A stretch of 63,810 bases of DNA, counting the filler. It is 14 parts of 14 records of this genome, joined end to end, with 100 filler letters (N's around TTAATTAATTAA, not from the genome) between each part and the next. Parts side by side here need not be neighbours in the genome. Positions count along the whole stretch, not along the records: positions 23,933 to 28,567 come from SRR7504441_102745; positions 28,668 to 33,799 come from SRR7504441_102764; positions 33,900 to 37,495 come from SRR7504441_102787; 11 more parts are not named here. One strand, given 5' to 3'. Shown piece after piece: positions 25,256-36,900 of the stretch. Numbering within the stretch: position 1 is the first letter of the stretch; every line of letters begins with the position of its first letter. The notes under the pieces were generated by a model that worked only from the letters and a program-made list of their open reading frames with translations, did not search any database and had not been told where the DNA came from. A program made the translations under genes and the position numbers.

Positions 25256-26137
25256 CTATTTGGCCGGCTTCTTCTGCGTGGCCGCAAACTCTTTCATGCC
25301 CTCAGACACTGTGTTCTTGGCAATTGCCTTTTGCAGCAGCGGCTGGATCAGCTCCTCGTCGGTTGGCGGCTCCTGTCCCGGCAGCAGCACGTGGATGTTC
25401 TCCGTCTTAGTGGCCTTCTTCACATAGTGCGCGATCTCCTCAGACATCCGCTCAACACTCTGGGCACCCATGGCACGTTCTTTGATCTCTTCATTCGCCG
25501 CATGCTCTTCCGCTTTCCTGGCTGCGGTCAGATGCCGAATTTTATCGTCCACGGCCGCCTTTTGCTCGGCTGCCCCATCCTGGTCAGCCCCACCGGGCAG
25601 GCCGGGCAGCCTACCGCACGATTGGACGTTGCAGCTTTTCTTATCCTCCAGATGGGGGCAGGCGTCACCGCCATTGGCATCATATTTGAGCACGCCTCGC
25701 TTGCGGCTCATGACGCCGCCGTCGCATTTCTTGGAGCATTCGGACCAACCGGACCACTTGCCCACCGAGCAGTCCACCCTCTGCATGGCCTCGGTCTCTT
25801 CTTGCACTGCCTCCTTGGCTTCAATCATCTTCATTTCATTGGCCATGTCCTTGTCCTGCTGGTGCTGAGACTCGCCCATGTCTGTGTCCATCTCGCTCTT
25901 CATCGCCGACTTGATCATCGAGTCCATCGCATCCACATTTCCCACCGCTTTGCCAGCTTCCACTGCCCCCGAGTCGGCCCGGCCCTCCCGGGGGCTCTCA
26001 CCTTGAACGAGTTCTGTCTGGCCGGGAAGCTCGTCCCACGCCATGCAGGCCGCGAGCGCAAGCACCAGCACCCCCAGGCTTCGCACCACCTGCCCCCAGC
26101 CATCAGCCCCCGCCGCCGCCCTGCGGATCTGCACCAT
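25256..26137 (-). CDS. Secreted TSP1 (spondin-type) domain protein with helical flanks
   Basis: VDCSVGKWSGWSECSKKCDGGVMSRKR...GGDACPHLEDKKSCNVQSC. ATG followed directly by a 45-nt GT-AG intron (26090-26134) gives signal peptide MVVRSLGVLVLALAACMA. Confidence 0.85.
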   Translation of the reverse strand: MVQIRRAAAGADGWGQVVRSLGVLVLALAACMAWDELPGQTELVQGESPREGRADSGAVEAGKAVGNVDAMDSMIKSAMKSEMDTDMGESQHQQDKDMANEMKMIEAKEAVQEETEAMQRVDCSVGKWSGWSECSKKCDGGVMSRKRGVLKYDANGGDACPHLEDKKSCNVQSCGRLPGLPGGADQDGAAEQKAAVDDKIRHLTAARKAEEHAANEEIKERAMGAQSVERMSEEIAHYVKKATKTENIHVLLPGQEPPTDEELIQPLLQKAIAKNTVSEGMKEFAATQKKPAK

Positions 26138-26218
26138 GACGAGATTCCTGATAGATCCGTGTCCGTTGCTGATTTTGCAGCACCGCCTGCAGTGGCCCAC
26201 AGCAGCAGCAGCACCGGG

Positions 26219-28428
26219 ATGGCGTCGGGGGCGATGACTCTGGACACCTCGGTGTCGCTGGACGCGCTGCGCGAGTACGCCCGGAAGGAGCTGGTCGACC
26301 TGCTCAACGAGGCGCCGCTCCCCTCGCCCCTGGGCCGAGCGGGGGCCGGCAGATGCGGGGAGGCAAGGTGCTGGTACTCGACCGGCAGTTCGCAGCGGCG
26401 CTCGGGCTGTTCGCTGAGATCCAGCTGCTCAAGGACCACGGGGTGGAGAAGCTTTACTACCTCGAAGGCGAGTTCGAGGTCACTTGCCAGCACGTGATCT
26501 TCATGGTCCGCCGCCGGTTCGGGCTGTCGGCCGAGGCGCTGGGCGGGGCAGGTGCGGCCCCAGCTGGAGCTGATGGAGAGGATCGGGGCCGTTATCGACT
26601 ACCACCGACGTCGGAATATCCGGCGCGACTACGCGATCATTTTCGTGCCGCACCGCACTGTCATATGCGAGCACGTGCTGGAGCAGCAGGCGCCCCACCC
26701 GGCGCTGCAGGGCCGAGCCCCCGGCACAGGGATTCCTCCAGCCCAACGTGTCGCTCTTCGACTACCAGCTCGACCTGATCCCGTACGACGCTGACCTGCT
26801 CTCCATGGAGCTCCCGCATAGCTTTGCTGACCTGAACCTCAAGGTGGGTCGTGCAGCTGCTGGCGCGCGAGCGGTGCGGGGGCAGGGCGACCACACGGTG
26901 CTGTACCGGATAGCGTGCGGGATCGCCAAGCTGCAGAACCTGTACGGGATAATCCCGAACATTAAAGGAAAAGGCCACCACGCGCAGGCGGTCGCAGACA
27001 TGCTGCTCAAACTACGTCGAGAGAGCTTCGCCGACGGGGAGGAGGCGGTCATTGTGCCCGAAATAGATCAGCTGGTGCTGATAGACCGGCGGGTGGACCT
27101 TGTCTCTCCGATCTGCACGCCGCTCACGTACGAAGGCCTGATCGACGAGCTTTTCGGGATCAAATGCTCGCAAGTCGAAGTGAAGCTCGAGACGTCTGAA
27201 ACGAGCGACGGGGCGCCCGGGGAGAGTGAGCGCAAGGTGACTCAGAGCCTCAACTCGAGCGACGACCTGTACCACAAGGCGCGCAGCCGGCTGGGCCGGG
27301 GGCTGAGCGGGTGCAGGTGAGGGACATGTATTTCATGAATTTAGGCCCGAATTTGACTCAAATCGCGCTCGACATCAAGCGGACGTACGAAGAGCGAGGC
27401 AACATGCGGCACAAGAGCACCGGGGAGATGAAGGAGTTTGTGCGCAAGCTCAACGTGCTCAAGGTGCCCAGCGGAGGACAGCTGGCCCCCGATTGAGCAG
27501 TGAGTGCAGGAGGACCACAGGTCTTTAGAATTCCACACAAACTTAGCCAAAAAGATCGAGGCCATGACCCACGATCCGAGCTTCCGCCAGCGGATCCACG
27601 TGGAGCAGGGGCTGCTCCTCGGGCACAACGAGGTTAAGCGCGCCTTCCTAGTAAGGAAATAATCTGTTAACAGGAGGCGAACGACCATCTCGAGATGAGG
27701 ATCAACCGACAGGAGCCTCTGGGCAAAATGCTCCGACTGCTCTGCCTCAAGAGCCTGTGCTCTAACGGCATCCCCAAGAAGGAGCTCGACTTTTTCCGGC
27801 GGGAGCTGCTGCATTCATACGGGTACGAGGCGATACTGACGTTGATGAATCTAGAGAAGCTGGGCATGCTCAAACAGACTACGGACCACGGTTCGTGGAA
27901 GGCTATCAAGCAAGCATTCCGGCTGATAGTCGACGTGCGCCGGCTGAGCTGGTCGGGTGCCAGCCGGGCGGCAGGATATAGACGAGAAGAACCCTCAGGA
28001 CATAGCATACACGCATTGCATGTACGCCCCGCTGTCTGTCCGACTCGTCGAACGCGCGGCTAAGGGGTGCTAGCGGCCGGCCGGCCGGGGCTCATCGACC
28101 GTACAGGCAATGGTCGGACCCGGCCACCCGCAAGGCGCTGGCGATGCTGCCAGGGCCGACTGTGGAGATCCGTCAGGAGGGGACAGTGCCGATCCCACAA
28201 GGTGGACTGCGCTGGCGTGGCCGGTTTGCTCAACTGTTTGGGTCAGGCGCGAACAGAAGGCCGGTGTCGTTGGTGTTTTTCATAGGTGGCTGCACGTTTG
28301 CGGAGGTGACGGCGTTGCGCTTCATGGGGGAGAGTATTGGGCACGAGTTTATTGTGGCGACCACTAAGCTGATCAACGGGGACACGCTGATGGATTCTAT
28401 AATCGAGGTCGGCGACATGGATAGATAA
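26219..28428 (+). CDS. VPS33: Vps33 (Sec1/Munc18 family, HOPS/CORVET), about 10 introns
   Basis: LREYARKELVDLL, GGKVLVLD, LIPYDADLLSME, IDRRVDLVSPICTPLTYEGLIDE, RELLHSYGYE, VFFIGGCTFAEVTALRF. GC-AG introns at 26312-26352, 26690-26729, 27279-27316. Confidence 0.95.
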
Positions 28429-29009
28429 CGATCAAAGAGGCCGCTCGTGACGAAGTGCTCTATATAAACTATTTAAACTATTTACTCTAGCTCTCCCTAG
28501 CCAGAATGGATTTGACATTAGATTGCCCGACGTCAACAACAATTACAACATTGTTGAGTCCCCGGCCNNNNNNNNNNNNNNNNNNNNNNNNNNNNNNNNN
28601 NNNNNNNNNNNTTAATTAATTAANNNNNNNNNNNNNNNNNNNNNNNNNNNNNNNNNNNNNNNNNNNNCGGCGGGCCCGCAGATGCACCACCAGGGTCCGC
28701 TCTGGAAAACGGGCAGCGCTGTTTCTCCATCCCCAGCCTCAGAAAGTTTCTCCAGTTTCTTCATTCAGTTCAGGAATTCGAACTGCAGACCCCGCGGCCA
28801 TCGCATCTCCTCTCCTTTAATTTGGGCGTCTTAAGCTATACTGAGGGTCTGCCTTAGTCTGTCTTGAGGAGAGCTGTGAGGCCCTCCATAGCTAGTACGT
28901 ATATGAGTGGGGATTTGTATCGATTTATTAGTATGGATTTAAAACTTTCAAATTTGTCTGACACTATCTGTCAGACACCTGACACCTGATTACACTTGAT
29001 AGTTTTCTT

Positions 29010-31158
29010 TCAAGAAAAGAATGTTTGATGCCACCGGGTTCGCATAACTGGGGTCGAGTCGCGATCACTATCCACGTGCTGTGGACTGGCTTGTTTCAAA
29101 CGAATGTGTATCTCTTGGCTGGAATCTTCAAGCTTGCTGAGGTCTTGATTGCTCATTGTCATTGGATGAGCTAGCCCCAGGAATTTTTCCATTTCCAACT
29201 GCTGCGCTGCAAGCACATGCCTGGGCAGCTGACTCTCATGGCGCTTTTGAAAAATCAAATACGCTTTGACGTGCACGCTCAGTTGTGTGCAAAATCTCTC
29301 GATTTGCCTGATTGATTGTCGGGCCAAGTCGTCCAAATCATCTTCTTCCAGAGCTCGCGCTTGCAGCCTGGCTGCTTCTGAAGCCAGCTGGCCAACCGAC
29401 AGCGCCCACACGTGTACTGCCCAGCTGTCCGAGAGTCTCAGCGACAAAGTGAGGGGGCGGGGGTCACCTCGAGGCGTGCTTGAACTCTGTCGCGCTGAGT
29501 AGCTGAGACAAGGCCGCGATGTTGTCTCCAAGTGAATTGCTGGCAGCTGAGCCGCTCTTTTTCACCGCCTAGCCCCCAGAATCAGTACTACAGCCCAACT
29601 AGGCTGTCACCGTGACAGCAGCCTTCCAGGGCCGCATGATGCAATCGATGCTGCGTCCATGGCCTTCGGCAACACCCAGTGCAGCCGAGGGCACTAGTAC
29701 ACCAACCAGTGCAGCAACAACCATCCCCAGCCTCTCACAGCCTAAGCCTAATAGCTGATCTGACCATAGATGCTTGGATTCGCTCCCGGCGAGCGGCCTC
29801 GGCCCACCCCGACTCGAAGGCAGCTCGCCAACCAACATCAGAGTCAACCGAACCACTCCCAGCCTCACTTTGCGCGCTTGCTCCACAACTGCTTGCCAGC
29901 ACCCGAAACCGTACCGGATCCAAAAACCCGCACAGAGCAGCCCCCAGCGCCGCATCGCCAGCGCCATCCGGTCCACACTCCACAGCAACGCCGCTCTGTC
30001 CTCCAGCTGCCCCGCACCGGATCGACTCTGTACAACCCACTGCCACTGCTGCATCGCCAGCGTCATCCGCCTCACAGCCCAAAGCAGCACCGCCCGCCAG
30101 TGCATCTCGAGCCGACTGGCCTGGCTCTGCTGTTGTCCGACGAGCATGCGCCACCGAGCCACTGCCCCAATCAGCCGGCATGCCAGCCAGTGAGTCTCCG
30201 CGTCCAGCGCCTGCAACCGAGCCTGGCGCCTCCGGAACCTTTTCCATCCGCGGTGCAGCTGCACTACGCACCAGTGCACAGCAGCCCGTGTTTCATGCGC
30301 CTGCACAGCCCATACCGACCAGCAGGCCGCCAGCTGGTTGAGTCGCCGTCTGGCGAGATGAGTTTCGCTCGCCCGATCGAGCCCGCCGGCAAGCTGTGCG
30401 CCCACCCACCATTGATCCCAGCACCTCTCGACCGCCCAGTCCCGCCGGTCCTCACGGTGCCGGGTGACCAGATCGTCTCGCGCTGCGCCGGCCTCAGCCT
30501 GGTCGCGCCAGGAGTCCCATCCGCGCTGGCATCGCCGATTGCGCGCCCTTGACAGTTGATGCTCGCTCAGACGATCCAGAATGCTCTCGTCACGCACACC
30601 CGTCCGCCATAGCGCCAAGTACCGGCGCCACCTCTTGGTCCGCGCCCGGCCTAGTTGCCGCTCGCACCAGCCCCGGCGCTCCGCGCGTTCGACCGCCCTT
30701 TGCCAGGCCGTCCAGCTGCCGCGGAGCACCGTGCGACGGTAAGTGAAGGTCCCGAGCCAGACCCGGCGCAGCTCCTCGGCCAGCTGGCAGCTCCACTCCC
30801 GCCAGCCCCGGAGCACCGTTCGGAGAGTCCCGTCCGTCACACAGATCTCCGGCTCTAGCCACAATGGCGGAGCCGCCGGCCCAAACTGGCCCTCTGCAAG
30901 GTACTGGCGGGCCAACGGGTCCCCGGCCTCAGCGGCGGCCCGGTAGCACTGGCCGGCCTGGGCCAGGTCCCGGGGCACCCCGCGGCCCTCCTCGAGCATC
31001 AGGGCCAGGTTGACTAGTGCCGGCACGTGCCCCAACCCGGCCGCCTGCCGGTACAGACGGGCTGCCGCCGGTGCATCCTCCCGCCCCGCGAACCCGCGGG
31101 AGCCCGGGTCCAGCGCCCGCCCCCGGAGGAATAGCTCTACCCCGCTCGGAGGTACCAT
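29010..31158 (-). CDS. Protein with N-terminal Sel1 repeats followed by Trp-periodic Sfi1-like repeats
   Basis: AARLYRQAAGLGHVPALVNLALMLEEGRGVPRDLAQAGQCYRAAAEAG (Sel1), then more than 10 periodic W motifs (LRGWREW, RGSWTAWQ, RGWDSWR, LAMQQWQ). 3' exons (29010-29800) are not precisely resolved. Confidence 0.6.
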
Positions 31159-31222
31159 GCTACGCCCCCACCAGGCGTCCTAGCCTCGCCGTGTCGGTTG
31201 GTGAGCCGCCGCAACGGCCGAG

Positions 31223-32203
31223 TTCATCAGTCCACGGACGGCCGCGCTGGCTGATCAGTTGAGCCAGGCCGACCAGGAGGTCGAGGAGGCCTCAGCTGAG
31301 CTCGAGCAGCAGCAGATGGAGCAGCAGAAACAGCGTGCCGTGCTCGAGGAGGAGCTGCGCGAGAAGGTCGAGGGGCTGCTCTCCCAGCTGAACGTGTCAC
31401 GGAGGGAGCTGGCCGCCGCCAGGGAGCAGAATGCCGAGTGGAAGCAGAAGCACCTGGCTCTGCATGAGCACTGCATCCAGCTGACTGAGCAGCTCGAGGC
31501 GACCACCGTGGAAGCGGCCGAATGGGAGGCCAAGTGCTCCTCACTCAGGGTGATGTACGAGGCGGCTGATGCACGGGCAGGGGAGTGGGAGGATAAGTGC
31601 GACCACAGCAAGGCAGACCATGCAGATCTGGCAACCAGTCAGGCGGCAGTGTGGAGGAGTAAGTGCGCAGAGCTTGAGCTCCAGCTTCAAGAGGCGCGGG
31701 ATGCGGGCGAGAATGATTCAATGCAGTGCCACGACACAATACGGGAACTGGAGGGTAGGCTGCGGACTGCAGCAAAGGACCGGATGGCTGAACTAGACCA
31801 GTGGGAGCGCGAGGAGCGCAGGGCTAGCACGATGGAGAGCAAGATCGCTGAGCTGACGAGCGCGCTCGGTGACGCTGAGCGCCAGAGCGTACATGCGGAT
31901 TCTAGTATAAATGCGCTGCAGACCAGGCTTGTTTGCGCGCTCAGCTCGTTAATGGTCTCTCTGAAGCTGTTAGTCAGGCTGGCTGTCAAAGTCAGGCAGA
32001 TGCTCCCTTCGATGGGCGACTCTGCTGTGTTGTTGGGTTTCATGGTGAACTCGTTCGCTGGCTGTGTTGAGAAGCGCGAAGCTCAGATGGAGAGTGCGCC
32101 GCTCTTCTGCAGCAAGATAGGCCTTGTGGATACACTGCCGGACGAGGTTTTGTTAGCGATCGACTTAGTCGACACAATTGCCGGAGATTCCAACGAACAC
32201 TAG
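31223..32203 (+). CDS. Coiled-coil protein, start unresolved
   Basis: E/Q/A/L-rich heptad ORF of more than 300 aa; an in-frame TGA at 31202 and no nearby ATG imply an upstream exon. Confidence 0.7.
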   Translation, partial: FISPRTAALADQLSQADQEVEEASAELEQQQMEQQKQRAVLEEELREKVEGLLSQLNVSRRELAAAREQNAEWKQKHLALHEHCIQLTEQLEATTVEAAEWEAKCSSLRVMYEAADARAGEWEDKCDHSKADHADLATSQAAVWRSKCAELELQLQEARDAGENDSMQCHDTIRELEGRLRTAAKDRMAELDQWEREERRASTMESKIAELTSALGDAERQSVHADSSINALQTRLVCALSSLMVSLKLLVRLAVKVRQMLPSMGDSAVLLGFMVNSFAGCVEKREAQMESAPLFCSKIGLVDTLPDEVLLAIDLVDTIAGDSNEH

Positions 32204-32391
32204 TTCTAATCGATCCCGCGATCTTACGCTAATCGGAGAGATTGCAATTTTAAAACACACTATATAGATCCATCAACAGAAGTCGAGGAGTAGTAGTCGA
32301 GTCTAAAAGTCTACTTACAATCGTACATACTCGTAATAATTGTTGGTCAACGGCTGTCCGCTCTTACGTCGGTTACCGGTAACTGACAGTC

Positions 32392-32883
32392 ATGTCGGGC
32401 CTCGGGTGTGCGATTCCAACTAGCTGGCGGACCGGGGTCTCGCCGGCTCCCGGCTGCGGCCCGCCGGAAGTGGCGCCTGACCAGCCGCCCGAGCTGGAGG
32501 ATCTAGCGGTGGATCTTGACCCCCATGTGGAGGAGCTGTCAGACTCTGTGATCGGGGAGAGCGAGCTGGCCGAGCTGGAGGGTGTGCAGCAGCTCACACC
32601 GGCGGAGGTAGAGGCGCTATCAAACCCGTTACCTGAGCGGTCCGGGGAACTGCCCGTCGACGAGGACCCGGCTCTGGCGCGAGCGCTGACCACCAGTGTT
32701 GTAAAGGCGCTGGCGGCGGATCTTGATCTTCAGGAAAGTAAAGCTCGGCTGTGCGATTCATCGGCCAGGGCGCTGGCCGCAGAGCTTGAGCTGGCCGACT
32801 CGGAGGCGGCACTCACGCGGTCGGTGAAGGCCAAGGGCTTGGCGGCCGAATTAGAGAGGACGGATGCTAGGAGGGGTCTATAA
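32392..32883 (+). CDS. Acidic hypothetical protein with UIM-like motifs
   Basis: 163-aa ATG-initiated ORF flanked by AT-rich DNA; DEDPALARALTTS and related helical repeats. Confidence 0.5.
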   Translation: MSGLGCAIPTSWRTGVSPAPGCGPPEVAPDQPPELEDLAVDLDPHVEELSDSVIGESELAELEGVQQLTPAEVEALSNPLPERSGELPVDEDPALARALTTSVVKALAADLDLQESKARLCDSSARALAAELELADSEAALTRSVKAKGLAAELERTDARRGL

Positions 32884-33443
32884 GTGATCGAGTCTGTCGC
32901 GGAGTCGCGGCTGATCTCGATCACAGCACATAAAGTCATTTTACATAGGCAGGTGCCAAACAGACCTCGCTTTTTATAACTTGGAACTTGAACATTTATT
33001 CGATTGCTTGTTGTATATGAATTCCGGAATTCATTCGACGGCTTGTTGTAAACACCGTCACACCGATACACCCCTTCTAAAGTTTGCAACAGATACGTCA
33101 ATTCCTACATCATCAGTGCAAGATAGGTGTGAGAATGGGCGGGTCGAAAACTTTTGAGAAAGCTAATTGTACGTAAGAGGTTGGGTAGATAGTCAGCTGC
33201 TCACTTGTGTATCGAGAATAGGCCATAGGCAAGTTGGATCTGGACATCAACGCTGGCGCTAGTAACTGGACCCAGTCGACCATCGTTCGACCATCATGTC
33301 TGGGCAGAACCCTAGAGCCTCAGCTACAGGCACGTTGTGGGCACAACGTGGCTTGCCCCCTTGCTCGGGCTTTGAGGAAAACGTCTTCACGGCACACTCG
33401 AGCAAACCCACACGGGAAGGTTCGCCGGTCCCAGCGGAGGGAG

Positions 33444-33799
33444 CTACGGGGCCATTGGGTGGTGGCACAGCGGGCAGGTGTCCTTTTTACAGAGCCACTG
33501 TTCAATGCACGCCTTGTGAAACAGGTGAAAGCAAGCCAATCGCGCCACCTGGTCGCCCGGTTCGTAATCGCCAAGACATACCGAACAGTCCCGCTGGTCG
33601 GCAGGCAACTGACAGATCGAAGCCTGGTCGAGCACGCTGCAGGCTGCCAGCTGCTCCACGCTGCGCGCCCGGCCATGTGCCTGTGCGGGCGCCGGCTGGG
33701 CGGGCACCGCGGCGGCGGGGGGGTGGTGCGGGTTGTGCGCCGGGCCGCTGGCCATGGCGTGCTCCCGGCAGCAGAAGTTATGAAGGACCCCACGCTGGA
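33444..33799 (-). CDS. RING-H2 E3 ligase, 3' part
   Basis: CSVCLGDYEPGDQVARLACFHLFHKACIEQWLCKKDTCPLC is a canonical C3H2C3 RING. Confidence 0.88.
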
Positions 33800-33967
33800 N
33801 NNNNNNNNNNNNNNNNNNNNNNNNNNNNNNNNNNNNNNNNNNNTTAATTAATTAANNNNNNNNNNNNNNNNNNNNNNNNNNNNNNNNNNNNNNNNNNNNT
33901 TATTTCTCTATACTCAATCGCATGATTCGGTACTAAATTAATACTTCATGATCTCATTACGCAATGC

Positions 33968-36900
33968 CTATTCATCGCGAGGAAGCCCAATTGCCTCTTG
34001 TTGTATCCTCATTGTTGGCTCAAGCGAGCCGTCATCTATTTCGAGCCGAGAGAGTGCATCTAGCAATTCATCTCTGTCAGTAGACGCGGCTTCGGCTTGC
34101 GAGCCTTGCTCCTCCAACGGTGGTAACGGGCATCCAATATAGCCGCCATGGTCACGGCAATGTCTGAGCAACGCTCGCCAGTTGGGCTCTGTAGCAAGCA
34201 CTACAGGACTTCCGACCACAATCAGCAGTGCCTGTGCCCTCGTGATGGCTACATTGAACCGCTTCTCATTGCACAGAAAGCCAAGTGAGTGTCTAGCGTC
34301 AGCCTCAAGAAACTCACTGTTGGCCCGCACAGTGCTCAGAATCATAACACGCCGCTCGCCACCCTGGAATTGTTCAGTCGAACCCACCATGATCCTTCTC
34401 GCGTCTTTCCCATCGACCTCCCCTAGGACCTGCAGAGCAAGCCTGATCTTTTGTACTTGCTTCTGATATGGAGCAATGATTCCGATTTGGTCAGGTTGCA
34501 GCGGGTTACGGCGGGTCTCCAAGAGCCTGCAACCAATGAAACTTAGATATTGCACAGCACAGTAGTGTTCAAACCTTTGCACATAGTCTCGGACTATCTC
34601 GACTTCATGGCGGTTGAACCACGATGGCGAATTTCTGTCCCCATCTCACTCAGTAGCTGCCCAGGGCAGATGCTGTCACCCTTCGCGCTCGTCTTTGCCT
34701 TCAATCCCATGGAATATCATCGGAAACCCTGCCGAAGGAAGGTGCTCCCAGTCCACCATTGCGTGAGAGACTAGCTCATCGGCGCAAGCCTGTAGCTCAC
34801 TGTCATAGAACAGTCTATCCGGAAGACTGAGGATGTGATGGTGCGAGCGGTAGTTTCTGATCAATTTTGTGATCAACCGCCGATCATACCCACCAGGCTG
34901 CCGTTGGTAGGGCTCTCTTAGGCTCATGCGTTCCAGCAACGACTTGTCAAGGCCGAATCTGCCGCCTAACGGCGACAGAATAATTGGTCCAAGCTGTCTG
35001 GGATCTCCAGCAAGGACCAACTGCCCGCCCGCGTGTGGATCCAACATATTGGCTACTACAGAGATAGCCTCTGGCTCAGGGGCTTGTCCCGCTTCGTCGA
35101 TTGCCACCATTTGGAAATCCCCAGGATTTAAGCCGAGTTGGAAATACAGCTTTGAAGCTGAAGCTAATGTCGCCACAACGACTGACTTTGACATCAGCTG
35201 CTCGACGGTGGGCAGCATAAAATGGTCGGACTCTTCAGGATCCTCTATGCAGTACTTAATCACATCGGAGTCGACATCATGCTTGCTCCTGGAGTATGCC
35301 ACCACACGCATGAGCGTTGATGGCGACATGTGACAACCAAGGCGTTTACAGATCATGTCAGCTGCTGTGTTCGACGGCGCGCATGCTAAAACTCTGAAAT
35401 TGTGACCAAAGAGGCGGTGAGCCTGCACAATAGCCTCTACAAATGTGAAGGTCTTTCCCGTACCAGGTGGGCCAAAGATGATGTATGGAGCAGGCCGCCC
35501 ACAACCTTCGAGGATACACTTCACTGCTTCGCGTTGCTCAATATTGAGCTGCCGGTTCTGGAATTCAACATTCTCAGGGATTGTGCGCGGAGGCTGACAA
35601 CAAAATCCCGGGGAAGGGAACAGCAGGTGCGTGGTTAGATGGTGTGCTGCATCCTGCAGTGCCTCGTGCTGGATCTGGAACATCGTGCGCGGCAGGCTGA
35701 ACTCAACATCGACTTTGAGCCCGTGCATCCAACTCTGGTGAAATGATGGATGAAAGCGAAGCACAACCCTATCGCGCTCAATCCTGTGTGCGAATCCTAT
35801 GTGCTTCCTCGAAGCGGCTTCTGAGGGGACTCGCACATACACTCGGTCACCACGAAGGACAGACGGTCGATTCTCAGACAACCCAGGTACCTCAAGCGCC
35901 AGCTCACGGGCTGTGACCAGTGCCAGGACAGTGCCATCCATGTCAAACTGCCGAATATCAATCAGCTGTTGTACCTCCTCGCCCCAAAGAAGCTGCTTGA
36001 AATACTGGGCATAATTACCAAACTCAAGCCCTTGTTTCAACTGACGTTCCACTAGTCCGAACTGAGAACGAAACTCTGCTGGAATTGAATGCTTGTCGAC
36101 GCTCCTTGCCCATCGAAGCTTGCTCGTGTTGCCGGCCGGCTGCACGCCTATTGTAACCTCCTCATGAGCAGCACGAGGCTTGCGGGGTGGTCGTTTGGCG
36201 TAAGGCTTGACCGGCTTCAGAACATCATGCAGATCCGAATCGCCTCCAGCAATCTCACAGAATCGTCCAATCGAGAACGCGCTAGTTGCAGCTGGAAATT
36301 GAAACCTGATTTCGAGCAAGCCCCGTGTGATCCCCTGCGTTGCTGTGCATTTGATCATGACGTCTGTCGAATCAGCTGGTCCCATCAAGTACGGCAGCTC
36401 TTCTGTACAAAACGCCGTCAAGTCTCCCATGGCGGATAGCCAATTCAACGCTGTGAGCATCACACGCTGACCAGATCTGTTCTCCACCCTCATTCCTAAC
36501 ACCACTGGCTGGCCTGGCCGGTAGCAGTCGGCTGTGTCAAGAGGTTCGAGCTCAATGCCATTCTTGTCGGCCTCCATGATGGTCCGATTCTGCTTGACCC
36601 TCTCGGAGACCGTTGTGCGCTGAGACTGTGCACTCACCCCAGGCTGGTCGTCGATCGCCCAAACCACTACTGACGCCGAATCCTGACGCTTCTTCTTCCT
36701 GATCTTTTTGGTCTGCTGAAGGTGCCTAAACACACGCGCAAACGACCCACGGTGCGAAGTTGTATCCTTCCATCGATTGTACAGCACCCTGAACACATCA
36801 CGATCCTCGCATTGCCTCCGCAGCTCCGCGTCCACTCGGATCTTTGTATAGAACTCCTCGGCCGCCGCCTGCGCCGGATCCACCTTCGGCGGGGTGGCCA

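Noticed and set aside
25238-26497. Long antisense ORFs (also 22039-22947, 39693-40571, 62474-63220)
   Set aside because: Shadows of GC-rich genes on the opposite strand, with no recognisable motifs.
16642-28428. Vps8 and Vps33 (both CORVET) near each other
   Set aside because: They are on different contigs, so the proximity is an artefact of concatenation.
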